The position numbers were made by a program, and so were the translations under genes. Below the pieces are notes generated by a model, which did no database searches, was not told the origin of the DNA, and saw nothing but the letters and a program-made list of their open reading frames with translations. A stretch of 64,000 bases of DNA, from the NCBI GenBank assembly GCA_963555755.3, contig OY820905.2, positions 1,664,001 to 1,728,000 on the forward strand, given 5' to 3'. Shown here piece after piece: positions 19,693 to 29,864 of this stretch (position 1 is its first letter; each line of letters begins with the position of its first letter). The stretch comes from Nitrospirales bacterium. GTDB taxonomy: Bacteria > Nitrospirota > Nitrospiria > Nitrospirales > UBA8639.

Positions 19693-21204
19693 TTGAAAGC
19701 TTCAGTCCAAATTATTGAATCCATGATACCTACACTTACGCTAGAACAAGACATTCCAACATGGTCTGATTGTAACATGGGCCACGATCTTCCGGTCTTA
19801 TGTGTTGACCTAGATGGAACATTATTGGCCACCGACACATTCCTGGAATCAACGATCCTGCTTCTTAAACAAAATCCCTTTTTCATTTTACTCCTTCCTC
19901 TCTGGGCCTGGAGAGGGATAGCCTACCTCAAACAACAAGTGACAAAAAGAATTAGGTTGGATGCTTCGTCCTTACCGTATCGACAGGATATCCTCAGCTA
20001 CATCAAACAGGAATTTCATGAGGGCAGAACACTCGTCCTGGCAACAGGTGCCGACCAGCAAGTAGCTGAAGCTGTAGGAAAGCATTTGAATATTTTTTCG
20101 GAAATCATCGCGAGTGACGGCATCAACAATATTGTAGGATCCAACAAACGTCGAGTGCTAGAAGCACGATTCGGATTACGGGGTTTCGATTATATTGGGA
20201 ATGATTCCGCGGATCTCGAGGTTTGGAAAAGCGCACATGGGGCACTTGTCGCATCCTCTTCCAATACCCTTCTTCAACAAACGGCACAACACGTTCCTGT
20301 CCTTCATTTTTTCCCCAAACCCAGACCTTCATTGAGGATCGTCTTGAAGGCACTGCGCATTCATCAATGGATCAAAAACATCCTCATTTTTCTCCCCCTT
20401 GCCGCGGCTCACATGATACTTGAACCGACGCTGTTACTCCCGGCCTGTCTCGCATTCCTATGCTTTAGTATCTGTGCCTCAGGAATTTACCTATTCAATG
20501 ATCTACTTGATCTTCCCGCTGACCGAAAGCATCCCAAGAAAAAAGGGCGCCCCTTTGCATCTGGATCTCTTCCCCTACACGTCGGGTTGCTTGGCCACCC
20601 CCTTCTCATTATAGGAAGTTTCTTTCTTGCCTGGGCGACACTCCCGCCCTCCTTCCTCCATATTTTGCTTCTCTATGCCCTCACGACGATGACATATTCC
20701 ATCTATCTAAAGAAAATGATGATGGTGGATGTCCTGACCTTAGCTGGCCTCTACACGTTGAGAGTGTTGGCAGGTGGAGTCGCGGTTGGGATTTCAGTCT
20801 CGTCCTGGTTACTCGCCTTTTCCCTTTTCTTTTTTCTGAGTCTCGCCTTTGCCAAACGCCATGGCGAACTACAAATCAGAAAGGTTTCGACCTACCAAGG
20901 AATTGAGCGAAGAGCATACATCGGAGGGGACAAAGAAATCTTGGGCACGATGGGAATAATCAGTGGCTACATGTCTGTATTAGTATTGGCCTTATATATC
21001 AATGGGCAAGAAGTCACGTCCTCCTACGAAAATCCGGAGATGCTGTGGTTAACCTGCCCCATACTCCTATACTGGGTAAGCCGCACTTGGCTACTTGCCC
21101 ATCGGGGCAATTTGAATGATGACCCTCTTGTTGTGGCCTTGCGTGACCCACGCAGTTACGTGATTGCTTTGGCGATGGGAATATGCGGAATACTCGCCAT
21201 ATAA
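19693..21204 (+). CDS. HAD-like domain fused to a UbiA-family polyprenyl-phosphate phosphoribosyltransferase
   Basis: VDLDGTL N-terminal domain; HQWIKN and NDLLDLPADRKHPKKKGRPFASG; start may be 19777. Confidence 0.88.
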   Translation: MKASVQIIESMIPTLTLEQDIPTWSDCNMGHDLPVLCVDLDGTLLATDTFLESTILLLKQNPFFILLLPLWAWRGIAYLKQQVTKRIRLDASSLPYRQDILSYIKQEFHEGRTLVLATGADQQVAEAVGKHLNIFSEIIASDGINNIVGSNKRRVLEARFGLRGFDYIGNDSADLEVWKSAHGALVASSSNTLLQQTAQHVPVLHFFPKPRPSLRIVLKALRIHQWIKNILIFLPLAAAHMILEPTLLLPACLAFLCFSICASGIYLFNDLLDLPADRKHPKKKGRPFASGSLPLHVGLLGHPLLIIGSFFLAWATLPPSFLHILLLYALTTMTYSIYLKKMMMVDVLTLAGLYTLRVLAGGVAVGISVSSWLLAFSLFFFLSLAFAKRHGELQIRKVSTYQGIERRAYIGGDKEILGTMGIISGYMSVLVLALYINGQEVTSSYENPEMLWLTCPILLYWVSRTWLLAHRGNLNDDPLVVALRDPRSYVIALAMGICGILAI

Positions 21205-21225
21205 CCAAATGGTGTTGCGAAAAAG

Positions 21226-22641
21226 ATGAATGCCATGAATCAATACCAATCTTGGGGCCAGTACCCTCAAAGCTCTCCTCATTCCATACAACCGGTTTTT
21301 TGGCAAAACGACCCCATTGATTTTGATTCCCCTAACCAAACCTATCTCCCCTATGCCTATGGGCGAAGCTATGGGGACAGTTGCTTAAACAATGAAGGAA
21401 CTCTTTTGGATGTTAGCTCACTGAAACGGATGTTGAGTTTCAGCGAAGACACTGGGGTGTTTCGCTGTGAAGCAGGTGTCACATTTTCCGACATTCTTCA
21501 GGTCGTTGTTCCCAAAGGATGGTTTCTACCGGTCACTCCAGGCACACAGCATATTTCAGTTGGAGGAGCCATTGCGAATGATGTCCATGGGAAAAATCAC
21601 CATCGCGCCGGCACTTTTGGAATCCATGTCCGAGAATTTGAACTATTACGCTCCACAGGGGAGCGTTTCATATGTTCCAAGAATCACAATGCAGGATTCT
21701 TTTCTGCAACGATAGGAGGCCTCGGACTCACCGGCGTGATCCTGTGGGCAGAATTTCAACTGATCCCAATTTGGGGACCATGGATTGAGACGGAACGAAC
21801 CCGCTTCCATCACCTATCCGAATTCTTTTCTCTTTCCGCCCAGGCAGACCAGCATTCCGAATATACCGTGGCGTGGATTGATTGTTTTGCGGGCAAGAAA
21901 AGCCAAGGCCGAGGAATTTTTATCACTGGGAATCACCAACACAAAGACACATCGACACCCTCCTCGATCACACCACGGCGAACGGTTTCGGTACCATTCA
22001 AGGCCCCTTCTTTTCTATTAAATCGACATTCCCTACGCTTATGTAATACCCTTTATTTCCATCTCTCCTTTCGCTCACCAACGGGAAGTATTGAACCTTT
22101 TGACACGTTCTTTTACCCCCTGGATCGCCTACTTCACTGGAATCGCCTGTATGGCTCGCGCGGTTTCCTTCAATACCAATGCGTCGTTCCTCCACCCAAC
22201 CAGAAAGCTGGCATCGCTGAGTTGCTTGACCACATTCGCCGATCCAGGCAGGGATCTTTTTTGGCGGTCCTCAAGCAATTTGGCTCAATGTCTTCTCCCG
22301 GGCTTTTGTCCTTTCCACGGGAAGGCACCACCTTGGCTTTGGATTTCCCAAATAGGGGCGAAGACACGCTCAATCTGTTACGTATACTTGACGATATTGT
22401 GTGTGAATGCAGCGGTGCGGTGTATCCAGCAAAAGACGCAAGAATGTCGGCTCAGCACTTTCGTTCGTATTTCCCGAATTGGGAGGTGTTTGCCCCATTG
22501 ATAGACCCCAAGTTTTCTTCCAGTTTTTGGCGACGAGTGGCAGACTCAGACCTTCCCTCAGAAGCTCCCAGCATCCCCCCTACTCACGGTTCATTGCAAA
22601 CGCCACAACACGATGAACTATCCATGGGGATTTCATCTTAG
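21226..22641 (+). CDS. dprE1: DprE1-like FAD oxidoreductase
   Basis: GRSYGD, PVTPGT, DVHGKNHH, SFLAVLKQFG and YPAKDARM. Confidence 0.85.
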   Translation: MNAMNQYQSWGQYPQSSPHSIQPVFWQNDPIDFDSPNQTYLPYAYGRSYGDSCLNNEGTLLDVSSLKRMLSFSEDTGVFRCEAGVTFSDILQVVVPKGWFLPVTPGTQHISVGGAIANDVHGKNHHRAGTFGIHVREFELLRSTGERFICSKNHNAGFFSATIGGLGLTGVILWAEFQLIPIWGPWIETERTRFHHLSEFFSLSAQADQHSEYTVAWIDCFAGKKSQGRGIFITGNHQHKDTSTPSSITPRRTVSVPFKAPSFLLNRHSLRLCNTLYFHLSFRSPTGSIEPFDTFFYPLDRLLHWNRLYGSRGFLQYQCVVPPPNQKAGIAELLDHIRRSRQGSFLAVLKQFGSMSSPGLLSFPREGTTLALDFPNRGEDTLNLLRILDDIVCECSGAVYPAKDARMSAQHFRSYFPNWEVFAPLIDPKFSSSFWRRVADSDLPSEAPSIPPTHGSLQTPQHDELSMGISS

Positions 22642-22654
22642 AGAGTTTGTATCC

Positions 22655-23389
22655 ATGAACATACTGATATTAGGTGCGACATCAGCCATTGCACAAGAGA
22701 CAGCAAAATATTGGGCACAAGAAGGGGCCAATCTTTTCCTGGTTGCTCGAGACAAGGAAAAACTTGCAGCGGTGGCATCGGATCTACAAGTTCGTGGGGC
22801 ATCACAAGTTGTAGAATACCCACTCGATCTTGGTCACATCGATGTGCATCAACAACTCATCCAAGTGGCCATCCACAACCTTGGAGACTTGGATGTCGCT
22901 TTCGTGGCCTACGGAACTTTGAGTGACCAAGCAACCTGTACACAAAGTGTTACTGAAACACTCAAAGAGTTTACCGTGAACTGCACTAGCGTCATTTCTC
23001 TCTTAACCTTACTGGCCAACCATTTTGAACAACAGAAAAAAGGATGTTTAGCCGTTATTACGTCTGTGGCTGGAGACCGTGGGAGGCAAAGTAATTACGT
23101 CTATGGTGCAGCTAAAGGTGCCGTGAGTATTTTTTTGCAGGGCCTACGCAATCGCCTGACCCCCTTCGGAGTCACCGTTCTCACGCTCAAACCCGGTTTT
23201 GTGGATACACCAATGACAGCCCATATCCCCAAAAATCCGCTTTTTGCAAACCCCAAATCCGTAGGGAAACGCATATACAAAGCCGTAAAAAACCAAGAAG
23301 ATGTAGTCTACATCCCAAGTTTTTGGCGTCCCATTATGACGATGATCACTCACATCCCAGAACGATTTTTTAAAAGACTTGAATTATGA
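22655..23389 (+). CDS. dprE2: DprE2-like short-chain reductase
   Basis: LGATSAIA, SVAGDRGRQSNYVYGAAK and KPGFVDTPMT; follows dprE1. Confidence 0.82.
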   Translation: MNILILGATSAIAQETAKYWAQEGANLFLVARDKEKLAAVASDLQVRGASQVVEYPLDLGHIDVHQQLIQVAIHNLGDLDVAFVAYGTLSDQATCTQSVTETLKEFTVNCTSVISLLTLLANHFEQQKKGCLAVITSVAGDRGRQSNYVYGAAKGAVSIFLQGLRNRLTPFGVTVLTLKPGFVDTPMTAHIPKNPLFANPKSVGKRIYKAVKNQEDVVYIPSFWRPIMTMITHIPERFFKRLEL

Positions 23390-23395
23390 TGACGA

Positions 23396-23724
23396 GAATA
23401 GGAAATTCAAAAAGCCTTTTTGACTGGATAGGAAAGTACCAAAGAACGCGGTGAGGGGTCAATCCGCAAACTTCGCCGTCTGAAAGGCGGGAGTTCATCC
23501 GGTGAGTCGGGGCTTCCTGGCCCTTGGGCCAAGGTTCATGTCAGTTCTAGAAAACCAAACGTAGCACGATCCCACTGTTAGGCTCTGGCTTAGTCGGCCT
23601 CATCGGCTACTGGATGAGGAAGATACACGCGTAAAATAAGTTATTAATAACGGAATCACGCAGACAAAGAGCCTCATCGCTTCGGCGGTGGGGCTTTCTC
23701 TCATTCAAACATCAATCCCCATCA
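23396..23724. repeat. Repeat unit 1: minus-strand promoter-like block, PEP-CTERM remnant and hairpin
   Basis: 23396-23463 resembles 27625-27692; STIPLLGSGLVGLIGYWMRKIHA* ends at 23634; 23670-23724 resembles 27797-27851. Confidence 0.7.
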
Positions 23725-23949
23725 CTAAAATGTTCGTACTAGTTTAGATAGGACAAACGTGCTGGTTATCCTAATATGTTACTGGCATCCCATCATGACA
23801 GCAGGTGGGAAAATGGTAGAACCACAAACGGGATTCAGGTAAAGTTCTGCCTAGGTTTACTGTTAAGGAGATTGGAGAAGCGAGGGATTTTGCCGAAGGG
23901 GAAATGGAGGTGAACCTCATTATGAACGCGTCGAGGCGGGCTGGGGTCC

Positions 23950-24348
23950 GTGGTGGGGCGCGGGTGGGTAACCCCAGGTGAAGTTTATTATGAGTTTGTA
24001 GACGGCATATGGGTAAACCAGACTGATGGCTCACCGGTTCTACCGGACTCTGAATTATCAGAGCCTGCCGTCATGGCTGAACTAACCATTCAAAGAAATC
24101 GATATCGCAGATTACTTATTGCCGTAATAAACGGTTCCATTAGTGACGATGAGGCTTTTGATCTGATTGCAGATATTGGTATGCAAATCAGTATGATCTT
24201 TTTGAGCAACGCAAATGCATCTCCTCCTGTTTCGCTAATGCAAAACATTCAATCACTACACGATTATATAATGTCAATGATACGCCCCTCTCTTTTTATT
24301 GATGAAGGGCCTACAGGATACGATCATCCGGGAAAGCAGGACGCATGA
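23950..24348 (+). CDS. Hypothetical protein, possibly a fragment
   Basis: 132-aa AT-rich ORF with no recognised motif. Confidence 0.35.
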   Translation: MVGRGWVTPGEVYYEFVDGIWVNQTDGSPVLPDSELSEPAVMAELTIQRNRYRRLLIAVINGSISDDEAFDLIADIGMQISMIFLSNANASPPVSLMQNIQSLHDYIMSMIRPSLFIDEGPTGYDHPGKQDA

Positions 24349-24463
24349 GCATAGTAAGGGTAGAGTAGAGCACTGGTGCATACATGGAGCTGCTCTCGAA
24401 CGCTTCGACGCACGCGTCTACCACGGACCATAGCAGTCAGCACTTCCCAGCGCCCCCTCATCA

Positions 24464-26457
24464 GTAGGGTCGAGGACTGGCGCGCCAACGGTAGGGTTCG
24501 GTGGCTCCTCCACCCCTTTCGGAATGGGCCTCAGTCCGACTCCCCTGGTCACGGTTCCAGTCCCCGCCACCTCAAACCCGGCGTGCTGATTTCCAGCACC
24601 GGGCTTTCCTGGATGCTTCACCTCAAGGGTTATGTGACCTATCAGCCTGGAAGGACTTTCATGCCGACCCGTTGTACCGCACTCGGTAATCTCCATATAA
24701 GCCAAGTACCGTGTAGAGCCAAACCTTACTCCACCTCTTCCAGCCAAAACCTCGACGGTGGCGCACTCGCATCATGTGCCGCCGGACCTTCCGCTCCACC
24801 CAATCCTTCACGTAGGATAAACACCGACTCGCATGCCCAATCCGGAAGTAGTTCACCCAGCCCCGTACGATCGGATTGATCATGGCGATCATCCGTCCCA
24901 CCGGCTGGGATTGCCCGCGTCGGAACACTTCCTTGAGCTTCCGCAGCAACGCGGTGCGCCGCTTCACCTTCGGTATGTACTGCGGGCGCCACACTCCACG
25001 CCGCGACCGCACACGCCGAAAGTCAAAGCCCAGAAAGCCGAAGCTGCCTCCCTGACTCAGGTCCACGATTCGGCTCTTCTCCTCATTCACCTGAAGGTCT
25101 AATTGGGCCAACGCCTCTCGCAGCTTCCGCTCCGCAACCTGCGCCAGTTGTGCGTGGCGGCGATAGCCATCCACTAACACGACGAGGTCATCCGCAAACC
25201 GGACATACTCGAGATACGTATACTGGCCCTGCCGGGTTGTCTCCTTCAGCTGCTCCAGCCTCTCATCCACTTCCGTGAGATAGAGGTTGGCCAGCAGCGG
25301 GGAAATCACACCCCCTTGAGGCACCCCACGCGGGCCGGACGCCTTGACGATGAGTTTCACCAGCCGCAGGATCGCGGGATCCTGGATGCGTCGGGCCACC
25401 TTCGCCAGCAGCCGGTCATGCCGCACCGTGTCGAAGAAGGCCGCCAGATCCACATCAATCACTCGCGTCTTGTTCTGCACCATCGCCTGAGCCACCCGGC
25501 CAATCGCCTGGTGGGCTGTCCGTTTCGGTCGATACCCATACGACCCATCACGAAAATCCGCCTCAAAGATCGGTTCCAGCAGGAGCTTGAGCGCTCCCTG
25601 TACCACGCGGTCCCGAATCGCGGGTATCCCTAAGACGCGGACTCGTCCACCGCCTTTCGAAATCTCCACGTGCCGGTTCCGCATCGGTCGGTAGGTCTGC
25701 GTGACCAGTTCGTCCCGTAGTCGTGCAAGAAAGGGCTCCACCCCCGTGGCCTCGATGCCAGCAAACGTCACCCCATCAATGCCGGGGGCTCCGTTGTTTT
25801 TCTTGGCCATCGAATAGGCCGCGCGTAGCGTCGCCTCTTTGCACACGTGGACGTACAGGCCCCACACCCGCCATCGCTTCTCAGCCTTCGCCTTGACGTA
25901 GAGCCGCTGTCGCAGGTCTTGCAGTGTAATGGACGCCGTTGTCATCTCGTCCCTGCCTCCCATGTTGATCACAGCCTACAGCCAGTAGGGCTCCTTTGCT
26001 CCACAGGCATGACCCTGCTTCCTCGCTCCTACGAGCCCCTCCGCCACCCTCTCGTCTTCGGCTCACTTCCCAGAGAGCTGGTTATAGAGCCGATCTTCCT
26101 CCAGGGATTTCTCCCTGGGACGAGGAGGGCTTCTCCAGTTGCGTCGTCTGTCCTTGCTCCCGTGCTGTCGCTCTCACCCCGCCGGAGTGGCCAGGCGTCT
26201 CAGCCTTGGTTCGCCTGTCCATGCCGTCTTCGTCCTACGGACAGGGACTCGACCTCCGAGGTTTCATACTTTCGAGGCTACCTCTGCGTTCACTTGCGTT
26301 ACGGCCCGGGAACTCGCTCACCATCCTCTACGATGGCTTTGTCGATGGGCTTCAGCGTCTCGGTTTCTCTCCACGCTGCCATCCAAGCTACAGGGCTCAG
26401 GCTCTTACCCTGGTGGGCTTGCTTCCCACTGAACAGTCTCGCCTTACCTGGACACAC
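24464..26457 (-). mobile_element. Inner group II intron (1994 nt) encoding an RT
   Basis: 5' GTGTG; DV GAAAGCCCGGTGCTGGAAATCAGCACGCCGGGTTTG; 3' end ...cgaccctac. Confidence 0.9.
24659..25945 (-). CDS. ltrA: Group II intron reverse transcriptase/maturase, no endonuclease domain
   Basis: GAPGIDG, LGIPAIRDRVVQ, SYGYRP, PQGGVISPLLAN, RFADD, FLGF and GWVNYF. Confidence 0.95.
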   Translation of the reverse strand: MTTASITLQDLRQRLYVKAKAEKRWRVWGLYVHVCKEATLRAAYSMAKKNNGAPGIDGVTFAGIEATGVEPFLARLRDELVTQTYRPMRNRHVEISKGGGRVRVLGIPAIRDRVVQGALKLLLEPIFEADFRDGSYGYRPKRTAHQAIGRVAQAMVQNKTRVIDVDLAAFFDTVRHDRLLAKVARRIQDPAILRLVKLIVKASGPRGVPQGGVISPLLANLYLTEVDERLEQLKETTRQGQYTYLEYVRFADDLVVLVDGYRRHAQLAQVAERKLREALAQLDLQVNEEKSRIVDLSQGGSFGFLGFDFRRVRSRRGVWRPQYIPKVKRRTALLRKLKEVFRRGQSQPVGRMIAMINPIVRGWVNYFRIGHASRCLSYVKDWVERKVRRHMMRVRHRRGFGWKRWSKVWLYTVLGLYGDYRVRYNGSA

Positions 26458-27172
26458 ATCCGTGCGTATGGTTTTCCCATACACGGCTTTCCGATGTTCT
26501 TCTTCCAGCGGCATGCGTCTGTCATCAGGCAATAGCCACATTCAGACTTGGCCTTCTGAGATAGTTTCCTCTGTAGTGTCCTGATCGTGCTCGGGGTGGT
26601 TAGCGCAATGGCAATCCCCTGATCCTCCACTCGTCGGAAACGTGAACAAAGTAGGGTCCCTTCCCTCGGGCCGGGTTGTGTTGTCCCAGGCTCTCCAACG
26701 GTACTATGAACCCCTCCGACTCCCACGACGGCCCGCAGCGATTTCGGTATCCCTTATACGCCTCAGTTGCTGGTTCTGCGCCAGCACCGTCGCGGGTCTC
26801 CCGTCCTGCACGGTGTCTCTTCCGCCACATGCCATCCCTGCTACCCCGGAAGATCCTGAGGGTGGGTGTTCGTTCTACTCCCTCAAACGGCGGCCTTCCC
26901 CTTCTGACCACAGGGTCGGCATCTCCAATTCGTTTACGAGGCTACATCTAGGTTCGCTTGCGCTACGGCCTGCGGCTTTGCCCATGGGAAACTTCAACCC
27001 CTGATTACTCAGACGCTGCTTCCTGGTGCTAGAAAGGTGTACGAACAACTCCTTTCGCGGGACTTCAACCCGCTAGACACACCGCCGATGACGGCATGCG
27101 GTCAAGTCGTCCTTTGGCGTACTTTCAATAATGCCGTTGGATGGCTTAACTCCTATTCCTTAATTGACATGT

Positions 27173-27364
27173 CTAGAATAAGCCGAAAAACTGACCGACG
27201 CCGGTAAGTGTGACTATGGGACCGGCAATCTTAAGAAACTTGCCATACTTTTTCCGCCACAACTCCATTTTCTCAGGATTCTTAGGCTTTTTTGGCAATA
27301 CCCCACTTGCCATTAGGTACATATAAATGCCGCCGAAAATCATTATTAGCGCGCTCCAATCCAT
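27173..27364 (-). CDS. Small two-TM hypothetical protein
   Basis: 63 aa, two hydrophobic segments, G-rich SD upstream. Confidence 0.55.
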   Translation of the reverse strand: MDWSALIMIFGGIYMYLMASGVLPKKPKNPEKMELWRKKYGKFLKIAGPIVTLTGVGQFFGLF

Positions 27365-27405
27365 TAGTTGCCCCCCCTTTCTCTAGATCTGAAAACAATT
27401 TATAG

Positions 27406-27586
27406 GGCGGAGAGTAGAGGTCCGGCTACTACGGTCGCAGGGGCTCCCTGCGCAGCCCATCCGCACTCGCTGATGCCAGTCTTCGACTAACGGCTATTCC
27501 TCCCTTGGGTCGGCGCTCGTTTGTTTCGAATCCTCTCCCCTTGATCATTTCGGCGTGGGCCGAAATTGGCGGAGAGTAGAGGATTC
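27406..27586 (-). other. Two tRNA 3'-end-like fragments (possible att scars)
   Basis: gaatcctctactctccgcca (27586-27567), repeated in part at 27420-27406. Confidence 0.55.
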
Positions 27587-27624
27587 CTGAGACCTCAATT
27601 TCCCCAATTCATTTGATCATCAAG

Positions 27625-27851
27625 GAATAGGAATTTTAAACGGCCTTTTTGACTGGGCAGGAAAGTACCAAAGAATTTACTGAAGGGTCAATGACCAGGC
27701 TCTGATGTTACTGTCAACCGGCCTGGTTGGGCTGATTGGGTACAGGATGAAGAAGAAAGCGTAACCGAGTCGTCGAACAAGACGACCACACATATAAGCC
27801 TCATCGTTGCGGCGGTGGGGCTTTCTCTCATTCAAACACCAACCCCCATCA
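27625..27851. repeat. Repeat unit 2 with a PEP-CTERM remnant
   Basis: ALMLLSTGLVGLIGYRMKKKA* at 27699-27764, with the same flanking blocks as unit 1. Confidence 0.7.
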
Positions 27852-27866
27852 TACTCACTTTTTTGC

Positions 27867-28232
27867 TTATTTAATTCCCAAAATCTCCAATTTTTCCCGC
27901 ATCACATCTTTGGAAAATGGCTTCAGCACATAATCATTAGCCCCGGCGGCCAGCGCTTTTATTATTTGTGAAGATTCGGATTCGGTCGTCACCATCATCA
28001 AGGTCAATGCTTGACACTCAGGATTGCCCCGAACTGCGCGAATAAATTCCAAACCACTCATCTCGGGCATATTCCAGTCCACGAAGGCAATGTCGGGGTT
28101 ACTCATGGTTTTCAGCTTTTCCAATCCTTCCTTGCCGTTACCCGCTTCTTCAACCATGCAGCCCAAGGATTGCAAAAATTGCTTCAAAATACTCCTCGTG
28201 GCCTTTGAATCATCAATCACCAACGCTTGCAT
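27867..28232 (-). CDS. CheY-like single-domain response regulator
   Basis: LVIDDS, VDWNMP, MMVTT and YVLKPF. Confidence 0.9.
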   Translation of the reverse strand: MQALVIDDSKATRSILKQFLQSLGCMVEEAGNGKEGLEKLKTMSNPDIAFVDWNMPEMSGLEFIRAVRGNPECQALTLMMVTTESESSQIIKALAAGANDYVLKPFSKDVMREKLEILGIK

Positions 28233-28580
28233 ATAATCCCTCCTTTGAAGATCCGGGAGAGGTGAAAAGTGAGAAGTAAGGGGTAACAATGGGAAATATC
28301 CAAACTCCTTGCTTCTCTCTTCACTCTTGCTTCTAACTCCTTATATTTCACTTCTCATTTTTTTATCTTCTCTTTTCCCCGTCAGGGGATTATACCAGAA
28401 ACTCACCCTCATATTGGCCTGAAAAAATGGAGAACCGGCCAAGGGCGCACCCCTTAATTGCCCCATGAACTCCAACACCATGCGGAAGCAGTTGGGGTCG
28501 ATTATTTTGGTTTCTACCTTTGACCAAGCAAGGTAGAATACGATCCTTGTTTTATTGGTTACTACTAAAACTGACTTGAA

Positions 28581-28760
28581 ATGGACCTACTAAAAGACTT
28601 CGCACCGTTTGGGTTCCAAATAGATCCCATTGTCGTGGTTGATGGCAGCGTGACTGTGACGGCCGTGGTCGCCCCCATCCCCGAACCCAGCACGATGTTG
28701 CTATTAGGGTCAGGCTTAGTTGGGTTGATTGGCTATCGGTGGAAGAAAGCACAGGTGTAA
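28581..28760 (+). pseudogene. 59-aa PEP-CTERM C-terminal fragment (not in the ORF track)
   Basis: ...DGSVTVTAVVAPIPEPSTMLLLGSGLVGLIGYRWKKAQV*; no signal peptide. Confidence 0.75.
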
Positions 28761-29864
28761 CCGAGTCGCCATACAGGCAGGGCCATTTCATTCTTTTTAT
28801 AAGCAAGTGGTTCCATTAGGTTTTTTTGCTCTCTTTTTCAGGGCAAGGCCATACGGATGGCTACATGCGGCTTGGCCCAGAGCCATCTAAACGCCTGCGC
28901 GATATTGGTGTTGCCTTTCACGCGTAAGAGACTGATGGCATAGCGTCTCAGACAGGTCATGACCATCGGGCCATTGAGCCGTCTGATCTGACTCCGGTCT
29001 TCATCAAAGGTGACATCCAACACATAATGCTGCTTATTCTCCACACTCCAATGGTTCCGGTTTTGCGAGAGGATTTTCTGCGGCGATGCCTTCGCTGGTG
29101 ACTGACTCGTGACTCCGCATACGGTATCTACCGTCGTGATGCCCTTCTTGAGATGCGCGACTTCCCTCTCAATGCAGAAGACTTGCTGCACATGGGGAAA
29201 GGTGACAGAGGCATTCAAGGAGTCGTCACACCAGATCCTACGGGTCGTGATCCGCCCATGGCCTTTATCGGTTGTTTCAGTATCACACCGTCGTACTCGC
29301 AACGCCAAGGCCTCAATGTCGCGTTTCAAGGTCGGCTGGTTCCCCTTGACGGTGAAGACGAAGTCGGCCCCGCGTTCTTGCACAAGGTAATTTGCGATCT
29401 CTTTCTGGGTGAGGAGCGCATCCGCCGTGATGACCTTCCCTTCGATCTCCAGCTCATCGAATAAGGGACGCACGCAGGGGATCTCATTGGTCTTGGTGTC
29501 GACTTTTTTGGGGTGAGGTGGCGCCCCTCGTCATGGGTGACGGCACTGAGGACATGGGTCTGTTCGCTCGGGACCTTCGAAGTCCCCCGCATGGTCTTGC
29601 CATCAATGGCGATGCCCTGATCCTCCCCGCCGAAGGTATCCAGCCACCGGCCGAGCAGGGTATCGACTTCACAGGGGTCGACGGCATTGATAAACCGGTA
29701 GAGAGTGCTGCGGCTTGGGACGAGGTAGCGCCCTCCTCGCTTGGGACAGCCCAGCCGCTTTCTCATCGTCTGGGATAAATGCTGGGCCCAGTCCGCTATG
29801 GCTTCATACCCACGTGCTCCACACAAGGTGGCACAGAACATGATCGCGGTGAGAGCTCGTCGGG

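Larger units (their letters stand above)
24360..27105 (-). mobile_element. Outer group II intron, ORF-less (~750 nt without the insert)
   Basis: DV GAAAGCCGTGTATGGGAAAACCATACGCACGGAT|TGATGAGGG is split by the inner intron; 3' end ctctactctac; vestigial IEP start LTTPSTIRTLQRKLSQKAK; 5' end approximate. Confidence 0.78.

Noticed and set aside
24659..25972. DGR, retron or CRISPR-associated RT
   Set aside because: The RT has a maturase domain and sits within GTGTG...DV/DVI intron ends; no TR/VR pair, msr-msd or cas genes were seen.
25847..27004. Long ORFs over the intron RNA domains
   Set aside because: These are GC-rich shadow frames of ribozyme sequence; only a short vestigial IEP start is meaningful.
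27106..27150. Integron attC site at the intron insertion point
   Set aside because: A GTTGGAT/ATCCAAC core is present, but no complementary partner box appears after removing the intron, and no intI is in the window.
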